NCBI GenBank assembly: GCA_050248855.1
Contig: JBFWRP010000004.1
Span: forward strand, 96,001-160,000
Direction: 5' to 3'
Length of the DNA: 64,000 nt
From: Planctomycetota bacterium
GTDB taxonomy: Bacteria > Planctomycetota > PLA2 > JAEUHO01
Under the pieces are notes generated by a model. It was not told where the DNA came from, did not search any database, and saw nothing but the letters and a program-made list of their open reading frames with translations. Shown here in pieces: positions 50,700 to 59,470 of this stretch. The translations under genes were made by a program, and so were the position numbers. Each line of letters starts with the position of its first letter. Position 1 is the stretch's first letter.

Positions 50700-51607
50700 G
50701 CGCGCGGCTCATGCCCCTCGTCGAGCGCTTCCTCGTGCACATGGAGGCGGCGCGCAACCTGTCGCCGCACACCCTGCGCGCCTACGGCGGCGACCTCGAC
50801 GAGCTCGTCACGTCGCTGGCCGGGCGCGGCATCGACCGCGCCGATGCCGTGGACTTGCTCGTGCTACGCCGCCATCTCGTCGGGCTGGCCGACCGCGGCC
50901 TCGGGCAGCGCTCCATCGCACGCAAGATCAGCGCGATCCGGGCGTTCTTCCGCTGGCATGCGGCCGAGGCCGGCAGGGACCACGACCCGGCGCGCGGCTT
51001 GCGATCTCCGCGGCGGCGGCGCGCGCTGCCCGACGTGCTCGACCGCGGCGAGGTCGAGCGCTTGCTGGCGGCACCGGGCAGCGAGGACTGGCGCGCGCTG
51101 CGCGACGCTGCCCTGCTCGAGACGCTCTACAGCACGGGCGGTCGCGTCGGCGAGATGAGTGCCCTGGACGTCGCCCACGTGGACCTGGTCGGGGGCACGG
51201 CCCTCTTGCAGGGCAAAGGACGCCGGGAACGCTTGGCCGGTCTCGGCAACCCGTGTCTGGAAGCGATCGAAGCGTATCTCGCTGCACTCGCGCGAGCCCG
51301 CGTGCGGCGCGACCCGCGCCCGCTGTTCGTCAACCACCGGGGCTGGCGGCTGACGACGCGCGGCATGGCCCTGGCGGTGGAGCGCCACGCGCGCGCCGTG
51401 GGCCTCGAGGGCCGCGTCACACCGCACACCTTGCGCCACAGCTTCGCCACGCACATGCTGGAAGCGGGGGCCAACCTGCGCGAAGTGCAGGAGCTGTTGG
51501 GGCACCGCGACGTGAGCAGCACCCAGATCTACACGCACCTCACGTTGGACCACGTCCGTGCCGTGTACGAGCGTGCCCACCCGCGCGCCCGCGGAGCGGC
51601 CTCGTGA
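50696..51607 (+). CDS. xerC: Tyrosine recombinase XerC/XerD type
   Basis: N-terminal SPHTLRAYGGDL domain. Catalytic RD..LLETLYSTGGRVGE, GKG, HTLRHSFATH, LGH..VSSTQIY. Confidence 0.88.
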   Translation: MSARLMPLVERFLVHMEAARNLSPHTLRAYGGDLDELVTSLAGRGIDRADAVDLLVLRRHLVGLADRGLGQRSIARKISAIRAFFRWHAAEAGRDHDPARGLRSPRRRRALPDVLDRGEVERLLAAPGSEDWRALRDAALLETLYSTGGRVGEMSALDVAHVDLVGGTALLQGKGRRERLAGLGNPCLEAIEAYLAALARARVRRDPRPLFVNHRGWRLTTRGMALAVERHARAVGLEGRVTPHTLRHSFATHMLEAGANLREVQELLGHRDVSSTQIYTHLTLDHVRAVYERAHPRARGAAS

Positions 51608-52737
51608 GCGGCCCCGGCGGGCGGGGCAGCCGCGCCACGCGCTGGCTCGCCGCCCTCGTCCCGCTCGCCGTGATCGGCGTGTACGTCGGCGAGCGCTTGG
51701 CCAGCGCCCGACCGTGGAACGACCCGCGGGTCGGCCCGCTCGGTTTCGGGCTCGTCGAAGGCAGCGTGCTCGCGACGTTCGGAGCCGCGTTGCCGTGGCG
51801 CGTCGCCCAGGGCGAGGTCCAACGCCTCGTGTTGGACCTGTTCACGTCGCAGACCCTCCTCGACGTGGTGCTCGGCGTGCTCTTCCTTCGCAGCTCCCTG
51901 GCGCGAGGCGGCGCGCTGTTCGGTGCGGGGGCAACGCTCGCGTTCCTGCTCCTGGGCGGCGCCTCGGCCGTCGCAACCGATACCTGGGTGCGCGAGGGAT
52001 CGCGCCAGGCGTTGGCGCTAGGTTGGTTCTCCGGCGTCCTGGCCCTGACGGGCGGGAGCCTCGCCTTCGGCCTCCTCGCCGGCAGCCACCCGGCCCGCGT
52101 TGCGGTGCGGCGGGGGGCCGTGTCCACCTTGGTGTTCCTGGCCGTGCTGCACGTGGGACTCACGTGGCCGCTGCGCGCGGGCGCAGGACTCGTCGCCGAC
52201 GTCGGCGACCACGCCATGCTCGCCGCCACGGGGGTGGGCTTCGCCGCGGGCGCGCTGCTGCGACCCTGGCGCGCCGCGGTCGCTTCGGGTGGAGCCGGAC
52301 GCGTGCTCCTCACGCTCTCGGTGGCGGTGCTGGGCGTGGCGGCGTTCCTGCAAGTGCAGCGCGTCCAGGCCGAGGCCACCGCCCCCGAAGCCGGAGCCGT
52401 CTGGAAGCAGCTGCGGCAGCTCGAGCTGGACGCGCGCGCGGTGCTCTTGGATGGGCCGCGCGCGACGTCGTCGGCCCGCAACCGCCTCGACCGCAGCCGA
52501 AGCGCCCTGCGGCAGCGGGCGGCCGAGGTCGTGCCGGCAGCCCATCGCCCGCTGCTCGAGGACTACCTGGATCGTCTCGATCCACTCGTCACGGGCGACG
52601 TGCCCGACCCCGGCGCCGTTCGCATGCGCCTCGGGATGGCCGCGAGCGCTTGGTACGAGGCCGAAGATGCGTGGCGGCGCGACGTGGGCCTGCCCGTGCG
52701 CGACGCCTACGCCCGCAGGACCTGGGAGTCGCGATGA
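51604..52737 (+). CDS. Rhomboid-like membrane protein with degenerate catalytic motifs plus C-terminal helical domain
   Basis: LATFGA....VAQGEVQRLV resembles the rhomboid L1 loop (GE-x-WRL). About 6-7 TM helices. Canonical HxxxN, GxSG and AHxGG motifs are altered. Confidence 0.55.
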   Translation: MSGPGGRGSRATRWLAALVPLAVIGVYVGERLASARPWNDPRVGPLGFGLVEGSVLATFGAALPWRVAQGEVQRLVLDLFTSQTLLDVVLGVLFLRSSLARGGALFGAGATLAFLLLGGASAVATDTWVREGSRQALALGWFSGVLALTGGSLAFGLLAGSHPARVAVRRGAVSTLVFLAVLHVGLTWPLRAGAGLVADVGDHAMLAATGVGFAAGALLRPWRAAVASGGAGRVLLTLSVAVLGVAAFLQVQRVQAEATAPEAGAVWKQLRQLELDARAVLLDGPRATSSARNRLDRSRSALRQRAAEVVPAAHRPLLEDYLDRLDPLVTGDVPDPGAVRMRLGMAASAWYEAEDAWRRDVGLPVRDAYARRTWESR

Positions 52738-53426
52738 GGATCGTCCGCACCCGCCACGGCGCGCGCGTGGAGCAAGGGGGCCTCGTCCTGAGCGAGGTGC
52801 GCCGTGACCCCGGTCCCACGCACTCCCTGTTCGACGTGCTGGCGGCTGCGATCTCCACGCAGGTTCCTGGCCATCGCGTGGCAGTCCTGGGGTTCGCCAT
52901 GGGCGGGATCGTGGCCCCCCTGCGCGCCCTGGGCTTCGGCCACCCGATCGAGGCCGTGGACCTGGACGTCTCCCTCGTGCCGCCCTTCCGCGAGCTCTCC
53001 GAGCCCTGGTGCGGCGACGTCCGCGTGGAACGCGGCGAGGCGGGTGCGTGGCTGCGCAAGCGCAAGCGGCCCTTCGACTTGATCCTGGAGGACCTCTCGG
53101 CGCAGGTGGACGGCGAGGTGACCAAACCACCGGTCAGCCTCGGCTCCCTGCCCATGGCCATCCGGGCCCGCCTCAAGCCCGGCGGCGTGGCCGTGACCAA
53201 CGTGCTGCCGGTGCCGGGCCGCCCTCTCGGCGACGTGCTCGCAACGCTCGCGGCGCCCTACGCCCGCGCCGTCGTCCTGCACCTCGAGCGCTGGGAGAAC
53301 AAGGTGCTGCTCTGCGGCGATGCGGTCCCTGCCGCGCGCGACGTCGGCCGCGCGCTGCGCTCGGCGCTCGCCGCCATCGGCTCCTGCGAAGCGGACCAGC
53401 TGGCCGTCCGCACGCTTGCCCGCTGA
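52734..53426 (+). CDS. Class I SAM-dependent methyltransferase / spermidine-synthase-like protein
   Basis: VAVLGFAMGG, AVDLD, FDLILEDL, RLKPGGVAVTN. Confidence 0.75.
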   Translation: MRIVRTRHGARVEQGGLVLSEVRRDPGPTHSLFDVLAAAISTQVPGHRVAVLGFAMGGIVAPLRALGFGHPIEAVDLDVSLVPPFRELSEPWCGDVRVERGEAGAWLRKRKRPFDLILEDLSAQVDGEVTKPPVSLGSLPMAIRARLKPGGVAVTNVLPVPGRPLGDVLATLAAPYARAVVLHLERWENKVLLCGDAVPAARDVGRALRSALAAIGSCEADQLAVRTLAR

Positions 53427-53483
53427 CACGGCGTCGCGCCGAGTTCCGTGGGCAGTGGGCCGCGCCTCATCGACAATGACCCC

Positions 53484-54692
53484 ATGGCCGCTCTCGCCAC
53501 GCGCTTGGTGTTCGCCATCGTGCTCGTCCTCGCCTGGGGGCCCGTGGGCGCGCGGGCCGACGACGAGACCCTCCCGCCCGACATCGAGTTCTTCACGAAC
53601 CGCGACTGCCGACACTGCGAGGCCGCTGCGGAGTACCTCGCCGGGCTGCAGGCCGACCGACCCGAGCTGGTCGTCGTCACGCGGCACATCCTGGAGGACG
53701 AGGGGGCCCGCGAGCGCTTCGCCGGGCTCGTGGAGCAAGCGGGCGTACAGGCTGCCTCGACGCCGGCGTTCCTCGTGCAGGGCAAGCTGATCATCGGCTG
53801 GACGAGCCCCGTGACGACGGGACGCCTGATCGAGGACATCCTCGAAGGCCTCGAGACCTCCCCCGAGGAACGAGGCGGAGCGGGCTGCGTCGTCGACCTC
53901 TCCAGGGCCCCGGGCGAGGCGCAGCCCCCCTGCGTCGACCCGCGGGACCAGGCGATCGACCTGCCCCTCTTCGGGTCCGTGAAGCCGCGGGACCTCGGCC
54001 TCCCCGTCTTCACGGTCGTGTTGGGCCTCGTGGATGGGTTCAACCCGTGTGCCATGTGGGTGCTGCTGTTCCTGCTCTCGCTGCTTGTCCACCTGAACAG
54101 CCGCTCGCGCATGTTCGCGATCGCCGGCACGTTCGTGCTCGTCTCGGGCCTCGTCTACTTCGCGTTCATGGCCGCGTGGTTCACCTTCTTCGACGTGATC
54201 GGCAAGGCGCGGGCGATCCAGGTGATCCTGGGCGCGGTCGCCGTGTTCATCGGTGCGGTCCATGCCAAGGACTTCTTCGCCTTCCACAAGGGCTTGACCT
54301 TCAGCATCCCGGAAAGCGCGAAGCCCGGCATCTATGCGCGCGTCAACCGCATCCTGAAGGCGGAGAACATGAAGGCGGCCCTCGTCACGGTGGTCGTCCT
54401 CGCCTTCATGGTGAACGTGGTCGAGCTGTTGTGCACGGCGGGGCTTCCGGCCATCTACACGAACGTGCTGGCGCAGCACGAGCTGCCGCGGGCGCAGTAC
54501 TACGGCTACATCGCCCTGTACCAGGTGTTCTACATGCTCGACGACATGGCCATGCTGTCGATCGCCATCTTCACCCTGTCCCGCACACGCCTCCAGGAGA
54601 CGGGTGGCCGTTGGCTCAAGCTGGTCAGTGGAGTGGTCATGATCGCGCTCGGGCTCGCCTTGGTCTTCAAGCCAGGACTGCTGTCGTGGTAG
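53484..54692 (+). CDS. Glutaredoxin-like domain fused to a CcdA/DsbD-like transmembrane domain
   Basis: Signal peptide, CRHC, TPAF, membrane Cys motifs DGFNPCAMWVL and VELLCTAG, about 6 TM helices. Confidence 0.8.
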   Translation: MAALATRLVFAIVLVLAWGPVGARADDETLPPDIEFFTNRDCRHCEAAAEYLAGLQADRPELVVVTRHILEDEGARERFAGLVEQAGVQAASTPAFLVQGKLIIGWTSPVTTGRLIEDILEGLETSPEERGGAGCVVDLSRAPGEAQPPCVDPRDQAIDLPLFGSVKPRDLGLPVFTVVLGLVDGFNPCAMWVLLFLLSLLVHLNSRSRMFAIAGTFVLVSGLVYFAFMAAWFTFFDVIGKARAIQVILGAVAVFIGAVHAKDFFAFHKGLTFSIPESAKPGIYARVNRILKAENMKAALVTVVVLAFMVNVVELLCTAGLPAIYTNVLAQHELPRAQYYGYIALYQVFYMLDDMAMLSIAIFTLSRTRLQETGGRWLKLVSGVVMIALGLALVFKPGLLSW

Positions 54693-55666
54693 GGGCACGG
54701 CGCCTGGGCTGGCTGCTCGCGGTCGCCGGGCTTGTCGGCGCCTCGGGGCCACTCGCCGAAGCGCGGATCGCGCGTGGCATGCGGGCGGCGCCGCTCGACG
54801 CACGAACGGCCGACGGGGCGGCCCCGATCCGCCTGTCGGACCGCCTGGGCCGGACGGTCCTCCTGTCGTTCTTCGGCACCGCCTGTCCGCATTGCCGGCG
54901 GGCCGTGCCGCGCTTGAACGAGCTCGCGGCACGCGGGGCGCCGCTCGGCGTGGACGTCCTGGGCGTCACGCCCGACAGCGGCGCCGAGCTGGCGCGCTTC
55001 GTCCAAGGCGAGGGCGTGCGCCACGAGGTGGCCCTCGTGCCGATGGACGCACTCCGCTGGTACGGCGTGACGACGTACCCCCACGGCGTCCTGGTCGGGC
55101 CGGAGGGACGGGTTCTTTGGCAGGGGCCGCTCGACCGGATGACGGACCGCGTGCTCGAGGCGTACGTCGCGCGCGTGCGTACCGCGCCCGCGGCACCCGC
55201 GCAGTTCGCCCTCGTCGACGCCGAGCGCCGGGCGGGGCGCTACGCGGCCGTTGCGCAGGCCTTGGAGCGGCACCGACGTTGCGAACGCCTGGACTCGCTC
55301 GCGTGCCGCTACGTGCTCGACACCCTGGCGTGGATCGAGTGGTTCGCCGAGGTCTCCCTCGCCGGCGCGAGTGCCGACGAGCAAGCGGGGCGGTGGGGCT
55401 CGGCCGTACGCACGTACGAGGAGCTCGAGGCTGCGTACGCGGGTGCGGCCGTGGAGCGAGATGCGCGTGCCGCACGCGAGCGCGTCCTCGCCGATCCGAC
55501 CCGCGCCCGCGAAGCGCGCGCATCGCACGCCCTGGACGAAGCCCGCCGCGCCGGCCGCTGGCAAAGCACCCCCATCGCGCGCGAACACCTCCAGCGCATG
55601 GCCCAAGCCCACCCCGGCACCCAAGCCGCCGCCGAAGCCGCCGACCTCCTCGCCCTCCTCCGCTAG
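54686..55666 (+). CDS. TlpA-like thiol:disulfide oxidoreductase with helical C-terminal extension
   Basis: LSDRLGRTVLLSFFGTACPHC and YGVTTYP..VLVGPEGRV. Signal peptide-like N-terminus; start uncertain. Confidence 0.8.
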   Translation: MVGARRLGWLLAVAGLVGASGPLAEARIARGMRAAPLDARTADGAAPIRLSDRLGRTVLLSFFGTACPHCRRAVPRLNELAARGAPLGVDVLGVTPDSGAELARFVQGEGVRHEVALVPMDALRWYGVTTYPHGVLVGPEGRVLWQGPLDRMTDRVLEAYVARVRTAPAAPAQFALVDAERRAGRYAAVAQALERHRRCERLDSLACRYVLDTLAWIEWFAEVSLAGASADEQAGRWGSAVRTYEELEAAYAGAAVERDARAARERVLADPTRAREARASHALDEARRAGRWQSTPIAREHLQRMAQAHPGTQAAAEAADLLALLR

Positions 55667-55672
55667 CCCCCC

Positions 55673-55737
55673 GCCTTCTCCCCTTGCCTTCCTGCCCTCT
55701 CTCGCTGCCTTCTCTTCTTGCCTTCTGAACAGCCTTC
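55673..55737. repeat. Pyrimidine-rich tract with periodic GCCTTC hexamers
   Basis: GCCTTC at 55673, 55686, 55707, 55720 and 55732, plus GCCCTC at 55694. Confidence 0.6.
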
Positions 55738-55743
55738 ACCACA

Positions 55744-55853
55744 CATCGGGTCGTCAGGGCGAAGGCGCCAGCAAGCCATCGGCGACGACTCGTGGTCTGT
55801 TCACTCGAGGAGCCGATGGCGCCGCTGCCGCCGAGCACTCGGCGAGCCGCCCC
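55744..55853. repeat. Dispersed palindromic element, copy B
   Basis: 42-bp core 55777-55818 is identical to 27718-27759. Flanking stems differ in sequence but keep pairing. Confidence 0.85.
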
Positions 55854-55886
55854 AAAACACCTAGAGGCGTGCTCGAATGGAAGGAG

Positions 55887-55959
55887 TACCCCCAACGGGA
55901 TTCGAACCCGTGTTACCGGCTTGAAAGGCCGGCGTCCTAGGCCACTGGACGATGGGGGC
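55887..55959 (-). tRNA. tRNA-Glu (anticodon TTC); CCA not encoded
   Basis: GCCCCCATCGTCCAGTGGCCTAGGACGCCGGCCTTTCAAGCCGGTAACACGGGTTCGAATCCCGTTGGGGGTA folds as a cloverleaf with a GGTTCGAATCC T-arm and a CTTTCAA anticodon loop. Confidence 0.96.
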
Positions 55960-56025
55960 GCGACGATCGAGGCACTTCCTTACCACGGCCTCGGCGTCCT
56001 GCCCGCCGACGGGCCTACCCGGGGC

Positions 56026-57099
56026 TCAGTCCCCGCGTTGGAGGAGTGCGGCCAAGCGGTCTCGCCAGCGATCGCGGTTGGCCCCCACCTTCGTCCAGTC
56101 GACCTCCTCGGCGCGGAACTCGAGGCCAGGCCGCTTGACGTGGCCATCGGGCGGGACGCCCACGCCCGGCCGCACGGGGATCTGCGCCGAGCGGCTGAAG
56201 GCGAGGGCCTGTTCCAGCTCGGGGCTCGCGAGCCATTCGAGCAGCTTCACGGCCGCCTCCGGATGCGGGCGGCCCGTGATGAGGCCAGCCGTGTTGGGAA
56301 TGAGCAGCGCGCCCGGCTCATCGGGGCCCTGGTCCGGGTAGATGATGGTGACGGGCGCCTTCAGCTCGTTGATCGCGATCCACGCGTCGTCCGTGTCCGT
56401 GAGCCCGAACGCGACGCGACGCGATGTGTCGGCGACGGCGCTCATCACCTGCCCGTTGGACTTGACGAGCTTCATGTGGCCCGCATCCGCCGCCTTGCGC
56501 ACGGCTTCGAAGAACGCCCAGCCGTCCGTCTCGTCGCGCGTGAGCCACGCCACGGCGTGCGTGTACGTCGTGCCGGTCAAGGGCACGGCCATCGTCGTGA
56601 GCAGGTCGCGCTGGGCCCACTTGGGGTCGAGCAGGTCCCTGACCGACTTGGGGTGATCCGCGGGATCCGGCACGAGCACCGTGTTGACGAGCAGCACGCG
56701 CGCTCGCGCACCGAACTGGATGTAGCGACCACCGGGATCCCGCCACGCCTGCGGGAACTTCCCGGCCATGCCTTCGGGCAGCTTGTCGATCAGGCCCTTC
56801 GAAGCGAGGTCGACCATGTGCATGATCTCGTTCGACCACCAGACGTCCCCGCGCGGCCGGTCGCGCTCCGCCTCGATGCGCTGCGGGAGCCCAATGCTGC
56901 GGAACGCCTCGGTCTCGCCGTGGTAGTCCACGACCAGACCACTCGCCTCCCGGAAGTCATCGACCAGCCTCTGGCTCTGGTCGGGGTCGACGCCGCAGTA
57001 GAGGACCACGTCGGGCTCCGGGCCGCCGCGCATCGACACGGCGAGCCACACGACGGCCGCCACGATCAGGATCCCGAGCACGAGGGGAATGGCACGCAT
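56026..57099 (-). CDS. Extracellular solute-binding protein (Fe(III)/FutA-like ABC SBP)
   Basis: VVLYCG, AERDRPRGDVWW, GARARVLLVNT, DLLDPKW, GLTDTDD, IYPDQG, IPNTAGLI. AGGAG SD. Confidence 0.85.
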   Translation of the reverse strand: MRAIPLVLGILIVAAVVWLAVSMRGGPEPDVVLYCGVDPDQSQRLVDDFREASGLVVDYHGETEAFRSIGLPQRIEAERDRPRGDVWWSNEIMHMVDLASKGLIDKLPEGMAGKFPQAWRDPGGRYIQFGARARVLLVNTVLVPDPADHPKSVRDLLDPKWAQRDLLTTMAVPLTGTTYTHAVAWLTRDETDGWAFFEAVRKAADAGHMKLVKSNGQVMSAVADTSRRVAFGLTDTDDAWIAINELKAPVTIIYPDQGPDEPGALLIPNTAGLITGRPHPEAAVKLLEWLASPELEQALAFSRSAQIPVRPGVGVPPDGHVKRPGLEFRAEEVDWTKVGANRDRWRDRLAALLQRGD

Positions 57100-57179
57100 C
57101 TTGGACTCCTGGAAGATCGAGAACGTATCCTGCGGGTAACGACGTAGCCTCCTGACCACGACGCTTCGCCGAAGGTGGG

Positions 57180-57953
57180 TCAGAGGTCGCGCAGCTTGCC
57201 CCGCCGCGCCGCCTGCTTGAAGCGCTCCGCGTCCACATCCAGCACGCGGAGCTTCTTGTGGAAGTTGGGGCGCGAGATCCCCGCCAGGCGGGCGGCGGCG
57301 GCGACGTTGCCGCCCGTGCGGGCGAGGAGGTCGCGGACGTAGGCGACCTCGAAGCGCTGGACGGCTTCCCGCAAGGACAGCGGGGTGCCGTCGGGGTGCT
57401 CACCCAGCACGGCCACGAGCGCCGCGCGCGCCGGCGGGGGCGGGCCCTCGGGGGCCTCCGCGGCCGGCGCGCCCTGGCGCGTCTTGAGCTCGGCCTCGAC
57501 GGCCTCGAAGCCCTCCGGGTCGAGCCGACGCTCGACGAGGGCCCTCAGGCGCCTGTTTTCCAAGCTCATGCGGCGCTCTTCGATGGCCCGGGTCAGCGTG
57601 CGGACGACGTCCTGCACGACGAACGGCTTGCCGACATAGTCGCGGGCGCCCCGACGCATCGACTCGAGCGCCGTGTCCATCGTGCCGTAGCCCGTCATCA
57701 CCACGACAGGCACGCCCGGGTCCATCTCCGTGAGCACGGCCACCACGTCGAGCCCGGAGAAGTCGGGCAGGCGCACGTCGGTCAGGACCGCGTCGAAGCC
57801 GCCGCGGACGAAGCGCTCCACGCCCTCCTTGCCCGTCCCGACCGAGGTGCACCGGAAGCCCGCGCGCTCCAGCCCACGCTCCAACGCATGGCGCATCGAC
57901 TCCTCGTCGTCGATCACGAGCACATGGCCGAGGGCCGCGGATGCGTCGTCCAT
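57180..57953 (-). CDS. Response regulator: receiver domain + Fis-type HTH, no AAA+ domain
   Basis: VIDDE, LTDVRLP, MTGYG, KPF receiver motifs. C-terminal GGNVAAAARLAGISRPNFHKKL. Confidence 0.9.
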   Translation of the reverse strand: MDDASAALGHVLVIDDEESMRHALERGLERAGFRCTSVGTGKEGVERFVRGGFDAVLTDVRLPDFSGLDVVAVLTEMDPGVPVVVMTGYGTMDTALESMRRGARDYVGKPFVVQDVVRTLTRAIEERRMSLENRRLRALVERRLDPEGFEAVEAELKTRQGAPAAEAPEGPPPPARAALVAVLGEHPDGTPLSLREAVQRFEVAYVRDLLARTGGNVAAAARLAGISRPNFHKKLRVLDVDAERFKQAARRGKLRDL

Positions 57954-57991
57954 GGGAGCCTCCGGCCCGGAAGACGCAAGCGGCGGGCCGC

Positions 57992-59470
57992 TCAGGCGGC
58001 GGACGGTAGCGAGAGGCGGAAGCGTGCGCCGCCGAGCGGGCCGCGGTCGACGGCCAACGTGCCGCCGTGCCGCTCGACGATGCCGTACGAGATGAAGAGC
58101 CCCAAGCCCGTCCCACCATCCCGTGTGGTGTAGAAGGGCTCGAAGATGCGGTCGACGAGCTCGGGAGGCACCCCCGGACCGTCGTCCTCGACGACCAGCT
58201 CGACACGCCCTTGCGCGCGCGCCGTGGCGAGCTGCACGTGGCCGCCGCGGCCCGCGGCCTGCAGCGCGTTCGTGACGAGGTTGAGCACCACCTGGTGCAG
58301 CTGGCCGGCATCGCCCAGGACGGCCGGCACCTCGCCACGGTGCCGGACGAGGTCCACGCCCTCGCGGCGTGCGAACGGCTCGGCTGCGCGCGCGACGTCG
58401 TCCGCCAGCTCGTCCAGGTCCACCGCGGCGAACGCGCGCTCGCCGGGCCGGGCCACGTCGAGCAGCGCACGCACGAGCGCCGAGGCGCGCCGGGCCGTGC
58501 GCTCGGCCACCGCGAGGTCCTCCCGGGCACGGCCCTCGCCGACCTCGCTCTTCGCACTCTCCAAGCACCCGAGGATGCCGCCGAGCAAGTTGTTGAACTC
58601 GTGCGCGACGCCCCCGGCCAGCGTGCCGAGCCCGGCCATTTTCGCCGACTGCACGAGCCGATCCCGCGTGCGGCGCAGCTCGTCGAGCGCGGCGGTGCGC
58701 TCGGCCAACGTCGCCTGCAGCTTCGTGGTCTTCTGCGCGACCTCCTGCTCGAGGCCCGCGGTGAGCTGCGCGATCCGCGTCCGCATGCGTTCGACATCCT
58801 CGGCCAGGCGCGAGATCTCGCGCGGTGCGCGACGCGGGGCCGTCACCGGCCGCCGGAGGTCGCCGCGCGCGATGCGGTCCACGGCCGCCTGCGTCTCGCG
58901 CAGCGGACGGACGACCAACCAGACGAGAACGAGCGCCACGAGACCGGCCAAGGCCAGCAGCAGGAGGCCCAGATGCAGCAGGAGGCGTCGCTGCCGCGTG
59001 TCGACGCCGGCCTCGCTGCGGGCCGCCGAGCGCTCGGCCATGCGCTCCAGCGCGGCGGCGATGCGGCGTTCGCCGTCTTGCGCCAACCGCTCGGCCAGGA
59101 CATGGATCCGATCGCTTTCCTCGCGGCCCGAGGCGCGAACGCGTGCCACGAGGTCGCGGCCCAGCGCGTCGACGTCCACGCGGGTGGGATCCTCGGCGGC
59201 CCGGTAGAGCGCCAGGGGCTCCTGCTCGAGCCACGTGCGCAGGCGGCGCTGCGCGGACTCCGAAAGGCCGATCGCGAGAACCTCGGACTGGTCCACGAGG
59301 TCCGCCGCCAGCGCGCGCAGGGCCGCGCCGGCCGCTTCCTGTTCCTCGCGAGCCTGCGCGCGTGCGGCTTCGCGGTCTGCCGCCGCGACCCAGGCCACGA
59401 GCAGCGCGCCGCCCACCAGGACCACGCCGCCCACGACCAGCAGCGTCAGCGTCACCAGCGAGCGCGTCAC
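57992..59470 (-). CDS. Membrane sensor histidine kinase with HAMP domain
   Basis: Two TM helices, HAMP (RPL...IARGDL...EISRL), H-box GVAHEFNNLL, N-box NLVTNA, DDGPG, FEPFYTT, GTGLGL. Confidence 0.94.
   Translation of the reverse strand: MTRSLVTLTLLVVGGVVLVGGALLVAWVAAADREAARAQAREEQEAAGAALRALAADLVDQSEVLAIGLSESAQRRLRTWLEQEPLALYRAAEDPTRVDVDALGRDLVARVRASGREESDRIHVLAERLAQDGERRIAAALERMAERSAARSEAGVDTRQRRLLLHLGLLLLALAGLVALVLVWLVVRPLRETQAAVDRIARGDLRRPVTAPRRAPREISRLAEDVERMRTRIAQLTAGLEQEVAQKTTKLQATLAERTAALDELRRTRDRLVQSAKMAGLGTLAGGVAHEFNNLLGGILGCLESAKSEVGEGRAREDLAVAERTARRASALVRALLDVARPGERAFAAVDLDELADDVARAAEPFARREGVDLVRHRGEVPAVLGDAGQLHQVVLNLVTNALQAAGRGGHVQLATARAQGRVELVVEDDGPGVPPELVDRIFEPFYTTRDGGTGLGLFISYGIVERHGGTLAVDRGPLGGARFRLSLPSAA

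Noticed and set aside
27718..55818. 42-bp identical repeat as a CRISPR repeat or integron attC site
   Set aside because: There are only two copies 28 kb apart, no spacers or cas genes, and no RYYYAAC/GTTRRRY ends or integron integrase.
50696..55959. Tyrosine recombinase near tRNA-Glu as a possible integrated element
   Set aside because: The recombinase looks like housekeeping XerC/D inside a coupled operon. I saw no duplicated tRNA 3' end and no phage or plasmid genes.
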